Assembly (NCBI GenBank): GCA_947476745.1
Contig: CANJRG010000001.1
Location: 457,616-521,615 of the forward strand
Length of the DNA: 64,000 bases
Direction of reading: 5' to 3'
Origin: Acidimicrobiia bacterium
Lineage (GTDB): Bacteria > Actinomycetota > Acidimicrobiia > Acidimicrobiales > CAIXPF01
The translations under genes were made by a program, and so were the position numbers. Positions 17,955 to 26,037 of this stretch are shown here, one piece after another. How positions within the stretch are numbered: the stretch's first letter is position 1; each line of letters starts with the position of its first letter. Under the pieces are notes generated by a model that saw only the letters and a list, made by a program, of their open reading frames with translations, was not told the DNA's origin and did not search any database.

Positions 17955-18716
17955 GTGCACCCTGCACGGTTAGGGCAGGAGCGACTCCACGACGGCGCGC
18001 AGGTGAACCTGCGCCTTCCCGGGGGAATGCTCGACACCCGCACCGCTGCAGCGGTCGCCGCTGCCGCTCATGAACTCACCGAAGATCGGGCCGTGCGGGT
18101 GGTGGTGGTCACCTCCCACGGCCCCGACTTCTGTACGGGCCCCGATCCGGGGCTCGACCCAGTCTCGCTCGGCGACGACCCAGCCGCGGCGATCGCCCGC
18201 ATCCGGGTACCGGTCATCGCCGCGGTCCGCGGTGCGTGCCGCTCGGTCGGCCTGGAACTGGTACTGGCCTGCGACATCGTGCTGGCCACCGCCTCGGCGA
18301 CCTTCGCCCTCGACGACGTCGCCACCGGCCGCGGCCTGCCCTGCTGGGGAGGGACCCAACGTCTCGCCCGCGCCGTCGGCACCGCCCGGGCGACGGCCAT
18401 GGTGCTGTGCGGCGACGCACTCGCCGCGCCAGCCGCGGAAGCTGTCGGGCTCGTGTGGTCGCTCACCGCCGACGACCCGGACGACCCGGACGGGCTCGAC
18501 GCGCAGGCCATGGCCCTGGCCGACAAGCTGCGCGGTCTCGGCCCGCTGGCGCTGGAGTTCGCCAAGGAGGCCGTCCACCGCGGGGCCGAGCTGCCGTTGC
18601 GCGACGGCCTGCGCCTCGAGGGTGACCTGAACACGCTGCTGGCGACCTCGTCGGACCGGGCCGAAGGTCTCGCGGCGTTCTTCGCCAAGCGACCCGCCGA
18701 CTTCGCCGGTCGATGA
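17955..18716 (+). CDS. enoyl-CoA hydratase/isomerase family protein
   Basis: Crotonase-fold pattern (VVVVTSHGPDFCTG, AAVRGACRSVGLELVLACD, AEGLAAFFAKRPADF). GTG start. Confidence 0.75.
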   Translation: MHPARLGQERLHDGAQVNLRLPGGMLDTRTAAAVAAAAHELTEDRAVRVVVVTSHGPDFCTGPDPGLDPVSLGDDPAAAIARIRVPVIAAVRGACRSVGLELVLACDIVLATASATFALDDVATGRGLPCWGGTQRLARAVGTARATAMVLCGDALAAPAAEAVGLVWSLTADDPDDPDGLDAQAMALADKLRGLGPLALEFAKEAVHRGAELPLRDGLRLEGDLNTLLATSSDRAEGLAAFFAKRPADFAGR

Positions 18717-20182
18717 CCGCCCGGGCGCGCCGACCGCTCCGCACGCCCCCTGGGTTCCCGGCCGATGTCCTCCCACCGGGGACCCGCGCCCGGGCGCGGC
18801 GACTGCTGGAGTCGACGCTCGTCCTGCTCGGTGAGCTGACCGACTCCGGCGCAACGGCCGGCGCGACCCGGTGGCAGGTCGACCACGACCTTCTCGACGC
18901 CCATCTGCTGCTGCCCCACGTGATCGCCGCGGCCAACGGGCTCGACGCACCGCTGCCGTCCCCCTACCCGCTGAGCGCCCCCGGCGGTGGTTGGGTACTG
19001 GTCGACCTCGGCCCCGACGACGAGCCGACCTGGGCCACGCTGCGAGCGGTGCTCGATGACGAGGTGCGTGCCGGCGGCCCGCCGTCCGACGCCGAGCAAC
19101 TGGCCCGCCGTGCCCAGGAATGGCGTCTGGCCGTCACGCCCTACCGACCACCGCGGACCGTCACCTCCGGCCCGCTGAGGGTCGCGGCGGCCGACGCGAA
19201 CCCCACTGACCCGGCGTCGACCGGGGCCGGAACGTCGCCACCAGCCCGGACCGCGGCCGGCCCGCCGGGACAACCGCAGCGGTTCTTCGGCCCGGGCTCG
19301 TCCGCGCCAGGTCGCCCGCTGGCCGGGGTGCGGATCATCGACCTCACCGCCATGTGGGCCGGCCCGCTGGCCACCTGGCTGGCGGCCTCGTCGGGGGCCG
19401 AGGTGGTCAAGGTCGAGGCTGCCAGCCGTCGCGACGGGTTCCGCCGCGGTGCCCGGCCGGTGGCCGCCGGACCCGGCGACGGTGCGCTGTTCGTGGCGCT
19501 CGACCACGGCAAGACCCATGTCGAGCTCGACCTGCGGCTGCCGGCGGACCACCAGCGGTTCTTGGAACTCGTCGGCACGGCCGACGTGGTGATCGACAGC
19601 TTCAGCCGTCGGGTACGCGCCAACCTCGGCATCGCGCCCGACCGTCTCGCCGGCGGGCGACCGGACCTGATCGACCTCTCGCTGACCGCCTTCGATCCGG
19701 CCGGACCCCAGGCCGATTGGGTGGCCTACGGTGCCGGGGTCCACGCGGCGTCGGGCCTCGCCCTGGCTACCCGCACAACAGCAGCCGCACCGATGCCACC
19801 GGCGCCGACACTGGTGCCCTATGCCGACCCACTGGCAGGTCTCGAGCTGTTCCTGGCCATGGTCGGCGCCCTCGTCGCCCGCATCCGCGGTGTTACCGGG
19901 CCCTGGCGAATCGAACGTTCGCTCGAGGGCGCGATCGCGCCGCTGCTCGCGGTGGCCGCCGCCGAGCGGACCGCGCCCACCGACCCCGCCGAGCGGACCG
20001 CGCCCACCGACCCCGCCGAGCGGACCGCGCCCACCGACCCGGCCGAGCGGAGTCGGGCCTGCGCCGAGGAGGTGGCGTCGTGGGCCGGCCATGCGGCGCA
20101 ACGCAGCGTCCGGCGCGACGGCTGCGCCGTGCTGCCGCCGCCGTGGAGGTTGCTCGGTACCGACCCGGAGGCCAGGCCATGA
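18713..20182 (+). CDS. CoA-transferase family III (CaiB/BaiF-like) with N-terminal extension
   Basis: GVRIIDLTAMWAGPLATWLAASSGAEVVKVE motif. Overlaps the neighbouring genes at both ends (4 nt each). Confidence 0.8.
   Translation: MTARARRPLRTPPGFPADVLPPGTRARARRLLESTLVLLGELTDSGATAGATRWQVDHDLLDAHLLLPHVIAAANGLDAPLPSPYPLSAPGGGWVLVDLGPDDEPTWATLRAVLDDEVRAGGPPSDAEQLARRAQEWRLAVTPYRPPRTVTSGPLRVAAADANPTDPASTGAGTSPPARTAAGPPGQPQRFFGPGSSAPGRPLAGVRIIDLTAMWAGPLATWLAASSGAEVVKVEAASRRDGFRRGARPVAAGPGDGALFVALDHGKTHVELDLRLPADHQRFLELVGTADVVIDSFSRRVRANLGIAPDRLAGGRPDLIDLSLTAFDPAGPQADWVAYGAGVHAASGLALATRTTAAAPMPPAPTLVPYADPLAGLELFLAMVGALVARIRGVTGPWRIERSLEGAIAPLLAVAAAERTAPTDPAERTAPTDPAERTAPTDPAERSRACAEEVASWAGHAAQRSVRRDGCAVLPPPWRLLGTDPEARP
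19961..20050 (+). repeat. 27-bp perfect in-frame tandem repeat x3.3 (AERTAPTDP) inside the CoA-transferase gene
   Basis: Units at 19961-19987, 19988-20014 and 20015-20041 (one mismatch in the last base), plus a partial unit. Confidence 0.95.
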
Positions 20183-20907
20183 GCGACGAGGTACTGCTCG
20201 AGGTCGACGAGGGCGTGGCCACTATCACCCTCAACCGGCCCGACACGCTGAACATCGTCAGCGTCGCGGTGCGCGACGCCCTGATCGAGGCCATCCTCGG
20301 CGCCCGGGACCACCCCGATGTCCGGGCCGTCGTGCTGGCGGCGCGTGGCCGCCACTTCTCCGCCGGTGCCGACTTGACCGAGTTCGGCTCGGCCGACTCG
20401 GTGTTCGAGGCCCGGCGCATCCGCTGGGACCGCGACCCCTGGGGGCCGCTGTGGTCGTTGCCCCAACCGGTGGTGGTGGCGTTGCACGGCTACTCGCTGG
20501 CCGCGGGCCTGGAGATGGCGCTGCTGTGCGACCTCCGTCTCGCCGCGCCGGACACCGTCGTCGGCCTACCCGAGACCCGCCTGGCCATGCTGCCGGCGGC
20601 CGGCGGCACGCAGAGCCTGACCAAGGCCGTCGGTCCCGCCGGAGCGCTCCCGGTGGTCCTGACCGCCGACAACATCGGAGCCGTCGACGCCCTGCGCCGC
20701 GGCCTCGTCCACCGCATCGTCGAGGACCCCGGCGTCGACACCGCGGCGCGACGCCAGGCGCTCGCCTGGGCTGCACTCGACCCGGGCTTGCTGCAGGCGG
20801 CCAAGCGGGCGATGCGGGCGGCAGCAGAGCTGCCACTGGAGCACGGCCTCGCCATCGAGGCCCGACTGGCCGCGACCTGTCGCCCGAACGGGGAGCAGCG
20901 CTCCTGA
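20179..20907 (+). CDS. enoyl-CoA hydratase/isomerase family protein
   Basis: ITLNRPDTLN, GRHFSAGADL and HGYSLAAGLEMALLCD. ATG 20179 overlaps the previous stop. Confidence 0.85.
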   Translation: MSDEVLLEVDEGVATITLNRPDTLNIVSVAVRDALIEAILGARDHPDVRAVVLAARGRHFSAGADLTEFGSADSVFEARRIRWDRDPWGPLWSLPQPVVVALHGYSLAAGLEMALLCDLRLAAPDTVVGLPETRLAMLPAAGGTQSLTKAVGPAGALPVVLTADNIGAVDALRRGLVHRIVEDPGVDTAARRQALAWAALDPGLLQAAKRAMRAAAELPLEHGLAIEARLAATCRPNGEQRS

Positions 20908-21019
20908 TCGCCGCACCGACCGGACCGACCACCCGGCTCGACCGGACGATGGACATCGAAACAGCTTGAAATGCGCTCAAGGCTGTGCCGTCCGTCGCAG
21001 GGTGGATAACGTTCCTGGC

Positions 21020-22561
21020 GTGAACGTCGCGATGCTCCTCGACCTCCCCTCCATGATCTGCTTCGACCAGACGGCCGTCATCGACATCGACGGGACCGAG
21101 GTGTCCTACGGCGATCTGCGGACCGCGGTGTCCCAGGCCGAGGGCTTGCTGGCCAGTCTCGGGGTCACCGCTGGCGACCGGGTGGGAATCCTCGGCACGA
21201 ACCGGGTCGCCTTCCTCGAGGTGCTCTTCGGTGCCCTCTCCCTGGGCGCCACCGTCGTGCCGATGAACTATCGAGCCGGCAAGGACGAGGCCGCCCACCT
21301 CATCGCCGACTCGGGCACCAAGGTGCTGGTGACGGAGTCCCGTTACGTGTCGATGGTCGAATCGGTGCGGCCCGCCAGCCTCGAGCACGTGCTGCTCTTC
21401 GACGGCGACTACACCGAGCGCCGCAACACTGCCGAGGCGAACGAGCTCATCGAGGACGTCGACGACGACGCGTTGTGCACCCTGCTCTACACCTCCGGCA
21501 CCACCTCGCTGCCCAAGGGCGTCATGCTCAAGAACGGTGCCATCACCGGCTACATCATGGGCACCAACGAGTGTGCCGACGGCGAAGAGCACGGGCGTAT
21601 GCTGCTCGCCGCCCCGCTCTACCACGTCGCCGGCCTCACCTCGACCTTGATCGCTCTGTTCTCGGGGCGGTGCGTGGTGATGCTCCCGCAGTTCGAAACC
21701 GCCAGGTGGCTCAGCGCGGTGCAGCAGCACCGCATCACCCACGCCTTCCTGGTTCCCACCATGGTGGCCCGCCTGCTCGACGATCCGGCCTTCGCCGGCG
21801 CCGATCTGTCGAGCCTCGAGGCCGTCACCTACGGCGCTGCGCCCATGCCGCCGTCGGTCATCCGCCGGGCCATCGACGTGTTCCCCCGCACCGTGGCGTT
21901 CTCGCAGTCCTACGGCCAGACCGAGACCACCGCCACGGTGGCGGTGCTCGATCCCGACGACCACCGGATCTGGGAGGGCAGCCCGGCCGATCAGGAGGCC
22001 AAGCTGCGTCGCCTGCGCTCGGTGGGCAAGGTGCTCGACGACGTCGAGATCCAGATCTGCGACGAGAACGGCAACCCCGTCGGCCCCAACGCCCCCGGCG
22101 AGGTCTGGCTGCGAACCTTCCGGGCCATGGACGGCTACTGGGGGAACCAGGAGAAGACCCGGGTCACCGTCGACGGCTCGGGCTGGGTCCACACCGGCGA
22201 CCTCGGTTTCCTCGACGAGGACGACTACCTGTTCCTGTCGGGCCGTCACGGCGACATGATCATCCGCGGCGGCGAGAACATCGCCCCCGACGAGGTCGAG
22301 GCCGTCCTCTACGAGCACCCCGACGTCATCGAGGCTGCCGTGGTCGGCGTGCCCGACGAGACCTGGGGCGAGCGCGTGGTGGCGGCCGTCGTGCTGCGAC
22401 CCGGGGCCGGCACCGACGACGTCGCTGCGTACGTCCGCGACCACCTCTCCAGCTTCAAGCGGCCCGAAGAGATCCTCGTGTTCGAGGAGCTCCCCCGCAC
22501 CTCGACCGGCAAGCTGGTGCGCCGCGACCTGCTGCCACTGGTCGAGGAGCGCCTCGCCTGA
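21020..22561 (+). CDS. AMP-dependent acyl-CoA synthetase/ligase
   Basis: AMP-binding motif LLYTSGTTSLPKGV, plus YGQTE, GDLG and the GENIAP..E...L hinge. GTG 21020 or ATG 21032 is the start. Confidence 0.9.
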   Translation: MNVAMLLDLPSMICFDQTAVIDIDGTEVSYGDLRTAVSQAEGLLASLGVTAGDRVGILGTNRVAFLEVLFGALSLGATVVPMNYRAGKDEAAHLIADSGTKVLVTESRYVSMVESVRPASLEHVLLFDGDYTERRNTAEANELIEDVDDDALCTLLYTSGTTSLPKGVMLKNGAITGYIMGTNECADGEEHGRMLLAAPLYHVAGLTSTLIALFSGRCVVMLPQFETARWLSAVQQHRITHAFLVPTMVARLLDDPAFAGADLSSLEAVTYGAAPMPPSVIRRAIDVFPRTVAFSQSYGQTETTATVAVLDPDDHRIWEGSPADQEAKLRRLRSVGKVLDDVEIQICDENGNPVGPNAPGEVWLRTFRAMDGYWGNQEKTRVTVDGSGWVHTGDLGFLDEDDYLFLSGRHGDMIIRGGENIAPDEVEAVLYEHPDVIEAAVVGVPDETWGERVVAAVVLRPGAGTDDVAAYVRDHLSSFKRPEEILVFEELPRTSTGKLVRRDLLPLVEERLA

Positions 22562-23895
22562 GCGACCGTTTCGTCCTGCGGGGACCCTGCATCACGTCGG
22601 GTCCCGTTGCGGCCGAGGTCGGCGCGTCCACCGGGGTGGTGGTACAAGCCGGCCTCGTCGCGTCGCTGCAAGCTGTCCGCGACGCGGCCGACGCCGTCGA
22701 CGGCGGGGTCGATCTGCCGCCGGGCGCGGTGATCTGCGGGGGGTTCAGCGACCATCATCTGCACCTGCTGGCAACCGCGGCGGCCCGCCGGTCCGTCGAC
22801 CTGTCGACCGCCCGCTCGCTGGCGGAGGTCGGCGATGCCCTGGCCGACGCGGCACGGCGAACGCCCCCTGGCCGATGGCTGCGGGCCTGGGGCCTCGACG
22901 AGTCGGACCTGGCTGAGCAGCGACTGCCCACCGTCGACGAGCTCGACGAGGCCACCGCCGGGCGGCCGCTGGTGCTGCACCACCGTACCGGCCATCTGCA
23001 GCTGCGCAACCGGGCCGCCGAAGCCGCCGGCGCACCGGACCCGCTGCCCTTCGACGAGCTGGCCGAGGCGGTCGCGGCCGTGGGGGCCGAGCTGCTGGCC
23101 AACGGCATCACCGCGGTCACCGACGCCACCCACACCAACGATCGGACCGCGCTCGAGCTGCTCGACCGGTTCCGTCTGCCCGTACAGGTCACCGCCATGG
23201 TCGGCGCCGAGCACCTCCACGGGCTGGCCTTCGGCACGACCGTGGGCTCGGTGATGGTCGGACCGGCCAAGATCATGCCGCCGCACCACGGGCTCGATCG
23301 TGTCGCCGAGCGGGTCGCGGCGGCGCATCGAGCGGGGTTTCCCGTGGCCGTGCACGCCGTCGACATCGACGAGCTGCAGGCCGCGCTCGATGGCGGGCTC
23401 GGCCCCGGCGACCGTATCGAGCACCTAGGGCTCAGCCTGCCCGAGCAGCTGACGGAGTTGGCCACCCGCCGCATCGCGGTGGTGACCCAACCCGCCTTCG
23501 TCACCCGTCGGGCGGCCAAGTACCACCGCGAGCTCAGCGAGACCGAGCAGGGATGGCTGTACCGGTTACGCAGCGCGTTGGACGCCGGCATCGAGCTGCG
23601 GGGTTCCTCCGACGCGCCGGTCGTGCCTGCCCGGCCCCTCGAGCAGGTGGCCGCGGCGATGACCAGGACCGTGGGCCCGTCGGAGCGAATCGACGTCGAT
23701 TCGGCGCTGGGGCTGGTCGGCGCACCGCTGTCGGTGGGTGCCGCGGCCGACCTGGTGGTCCTGGCCGAGGATCCAAGGATGGCGGCGCGCACCGACCCCG
23801 CCCGGGTGGCCGACATCGCGGTCCTGGCCGTCTGGCGCAACGGCCGGCTGCTCGTGGGCGACGAACGCCGCTGGCCCGGACGGACGCAGGCCTAG
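22558..23895 (+). CDS. amidohydrolase family metal-dependent hydrolase
   Basis: HxH metal motif (GFSDHHLHLL), AVHAVD and SSDAPV. The start is uncertain: CTG 22558 overlapping the upstream stop, or GTG 22636. Confidence 0.7.
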   Translation: MSDRFVLRGPCITSGPVAAEVGASTGVVVQAGLVASLQAVRDAADAVDGGVDLPPGAVICGGFSDHHLHLLATAAARRSVDLSTARSLAEVGDALADAARRTPPGRWLRAWGLDESDLAEQRLPTVDELDEATAGRPLVLHHRTGHLQLRNRAAEAAGAPDPLPFDELAEAVAAVGAELLANGITAVTDATHTNDRTALELLDRFRLPVQVTAMVGAEHLHGLAFGTTVGSVMVGPAKIMPPHHGLDRVAERVAAAHRAGFPVAVHAVDIDELQAALDGGLGPGDRIEHLGLSLPEQLTELATRRIAVVTQPAFVTRRAAKYHRELSETEQGWLYRLRSALDAGIELRGSSDAPVVPARPLEQVAAAMTRTVGPSERIDVDSALGLVGAPLSVGAAADLVVLAEDPRMAARTDPARVADIAVLAVWRNGRLLVGDERRWPGRTQA

Positions 23896-23932
23896 GCGGA
23901 ATCGGGCCCAGGCGAGCGGGCAGATCGCCGGC

Positions 23933-24820
23933 TCAGCGTGGCTTACGCAGCAACAACACATCCTGCCCGTTGGGGCGGGGCATGAAGTCGCACACCTCGA
24001 ACTGGGCGCCGAAGCAGTCGATGTTCTCGCGGCGGGTCTGGAAGACCTCCCACGAGCCGATGATCTGCGTGGACACTGACGCCTGCTCCGAATTGCTGTC
24101 GAGCTGGAAGTGCCCGACCTGCTGCAGCTCGTCGCGCTGGGCGGAGGTGAGCATCTTCTGCTGGTACATCCGGCCGAGCACGGTGCAGATGAAGATCCCA
24201 CCGGGGCGCATGACCCGGTACAGCTCGGCAATCCAGGCCTGCTGGGTCTCGAGCGGGATGTGGGTGAACACCGAGTTGGCGAAGGCCAGGTCGAACTGGT
24301 TCTCGTCGGCGAAGGCCAGCGGCGGGTCGAGGGCGTTGACGTGGAAGTCGATCCCGTCGATGTTCGCCTTGCACCATTCGATCGAGTCGGCGTCAACATC
24401 GGTACCGTGCAGCTCGAGGCTCTCGACACAGCGGAGGTGGCGGATCAGCCGCGCCGACCCGACCCCCAGCTCCAGCGCGGCCCGAGCGGTGCGAAGGTTG
24501 AAGCCGTACTTCTCCGCCATGCGGACCCAGCCGTGGATCTGGCCGTACCCCGACGCGAAGTACCGGGCGGTCTGCAGCTGTCGCTCGGCGTCGGAGTCGA
24601 ACAGCACCGCCGTACGCATCACAATGTCGGTGGGGGCCATCGGGCCGGGCGCGACCGGGACGTAGAACGGGCCGAGCCGCTCCTTCATGAACGCCTCGAA
24701 CTGCAGCCGGGCACGACGCAGGTCCAGGTCGGCCCGCCGTGCCTCGGGCAGGGCCCGCAACGCCGTGTTGAGGACCCGGGAGGGGATCCGGTCGAGTACC
24801 CCGGCAACAACCTTCGCCAT
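23933..24820 (-). CDS. class I SAM-dependent methyltransferase
   Basis: ALELGVGSARL motif I, LHGTDVD, and FDLAFANSVFTHI...MRPGGIF. ATG 24820. GC looks slightly lower than in the neighbours. Confidence 0.75.
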   Translation of the reverse strand: MAKVVAGVLDRIPSRVLNTALRALPEARRADLDLRRARLQFEAFMKERLGPFYVPVAPGPMAPTDIVMRTAVLFDSDAERQLQTARYFASGYGQIHGWVRMAEKYGFNLRTARAALELGVGSARLIRHLRCVESLELHGTDVDADSIEWCKANIDGIDFHVNALDPPLAFADENQFDLAFANSVFTHIPLETQQAWIAELYRVMRPGGIFICTVLGRMYQQKMLTSAQRDELQQVGHFQLDSNSEQASVSTQIIGSWEVFQTRRENIDCFGAQFEVCDFMPRPNGQDVLLLRKPR

Positions 24821-24996
24821 CTCACATCCTCGTCGTGTCGCGATCAGGTCAAGCCACGTCAGGATACCGACCATCCCCCTGGTGCCGATCCGGGCATTTC
24901 GCCCCAGGACGGCACGTCCCGTTCCGACGCCCCGGCATCGCGGGCCGATGACGGACGGCCCGGACCACCCCGTGCCCGACCGCAGCTGTCGAGATC

Positions 24997-26037
24997 GTGG
25001 CCGTGGCGAGCACCGGCCGGCACAGCACCGGCCGGCACCGACGGTTGGGGGTGGCGGCGGCCTTGGTCGACGGGGTGGTCGTCCCCGGCGACGTCGTGAT
25101 CGACACCGCGACGATCGACGCCGTCGGGGTGTCACCGCCCGGTCGCCGGGGTCTCGCCGTGCCCGGCTGCGTCGACGTGCAGATCAACGGCTTCGCCGGC
25201 GTCGACTTCACCCGGGCCGAGCCCGCGGCGATCGCCGGTGCCCTCACGGCCCTGGCCCGCCACGGGGTGACAGCCTGGGTACCGACACTGCCCACCGCCG
25301 AGACCGGCGCGTACGCCTTGGCGCTGCGGTCCCTGGCCGAGGTCATGAACCGGCCGCCGCTCGGCGCCAAGGCCCTCGGTATCCATCTCGATACCCCGTT
25401 CCTGAACCCGGCCCGGCGCGGCGCCCACCCCGAGGCGTGGCTGCGCGAGCCCGACCCGGCCCTGCTCACCCGCTGGGCGCAGCTCGCGCCCCTGGCCGTG
25501 GTGACGCTGGCCCCCGAACTCGACGGCGCGGCGGGGCTCATCGCCGAGGCCCGGCGTCGGGGCATCGTGGTGTCCCTCGGCCACAGCGAGGCCACCGCAG
25601 CGCAGGCCCACGCCGCCTTCGATGCCGGCGCCTCGATGGTGACCCATCTGTGGAACGCCCAGCCCGCCATCGGATCTCGCCAACCGGGCCTGACGGGCGT
25701 GGCCCTGGCCCGACCCGACGTGGCGGTCGGGCTCATCGCCGATCTCGTCCACGTCGCCCCCGACACCCTGCGCCTGTCGCTCGCCGCCGCCGGGCCGCAG
25801 GCTTTCGTGGTCAGCGACGCCCTCGACGCAGCGGGCACCCCTCCCGGGACACGGCAGAGGGCCGACGACAGCGACCAGCACAACGACGGTATCGCCGTCC
25901 GCCTCGCCGACGGAACGCTGGCCGGCAGTGCCCTCCCTCTCGACAGGGCACTGCGGCCCGGCGATCCGGTCCCACGCCACCCGAGCCGTGCCGGTCAGCG
26001 CTGGCTGTCCACCACCGCCAGCACCTCGTCGCCGTAG
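24997..26037 (+). CDS. nagA: N-acetylglucosamine-6-phosphate deacetylase-like amidohydrolase, apparently 3'-truncated
   Basis: VDVQINGFAG, GIHLDTPFLN, SLGHSEAT, THLWNA, VSDALD and DGTLAGSAL align in order with E. coli NagA. Only about 25 unrelated residues follow GTLAGS, where about 65 are expected. Confidence 0.6.
   Translation: MAVASTGRHSTGRHRRLGVAAALVDGVVVPGDVVIDTATIDAVGVSPPGRRGLAVPGCVDVQINGFAGVDFTRAEPAAIAGALTALARHGVTAWVPTLPTAETGAYALALRSLAEVMNRPPLGAKALGIHLDTPFLNPARRGAHPEAWLREPDPALLTRWAQLAPLAVVTLAPELDGAAGLIAEARRRGIVVSLGHSEATAAQAHAAFDAGASMVTHLWNAQPAIGSRQPGLTGVALARPDVAVGLIADLVHVAPDTLRLSLAAAGPQAFVVSDALDAAGTPPGTRQRADDSDQHNDGIAVRLADGTLAGSALPLDRALRPGDPVPRHPSRAGQRWLSTTASTSSP

Noticed and set aside
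18068-22444. Very long antisense ORFs (18068-20101 minus, 677 aa; 20258-22444 minus, 728 aa). Similar ones occur elsewhere: 54442-57051 plus, 40853-42796 plus, 44721-46316 plus, 36267-37589 plus, 11759-13096 and 12274-13707 minus, 13778-15037 minus.
   Set aside because: Their translations are Arg/Gly/Pro/Ala-rich low-complexity strings with no motifs. The opposite strand encodes clearly recognisable domain proteins (groEL, glnD, the ligase and others). Such shadow ORFs are expected at about 70% GC because stop codons are rare.
23933-24820. The slightly lower-GC methyltransferase gene as a horizontally acquired island.
   Set aside because: The GC dip is modest and judged by eye only. There are no flanking repeats, tRNA, integrase or other mobility signatures. 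The membrane and SBP genes in the window show a similar dip.
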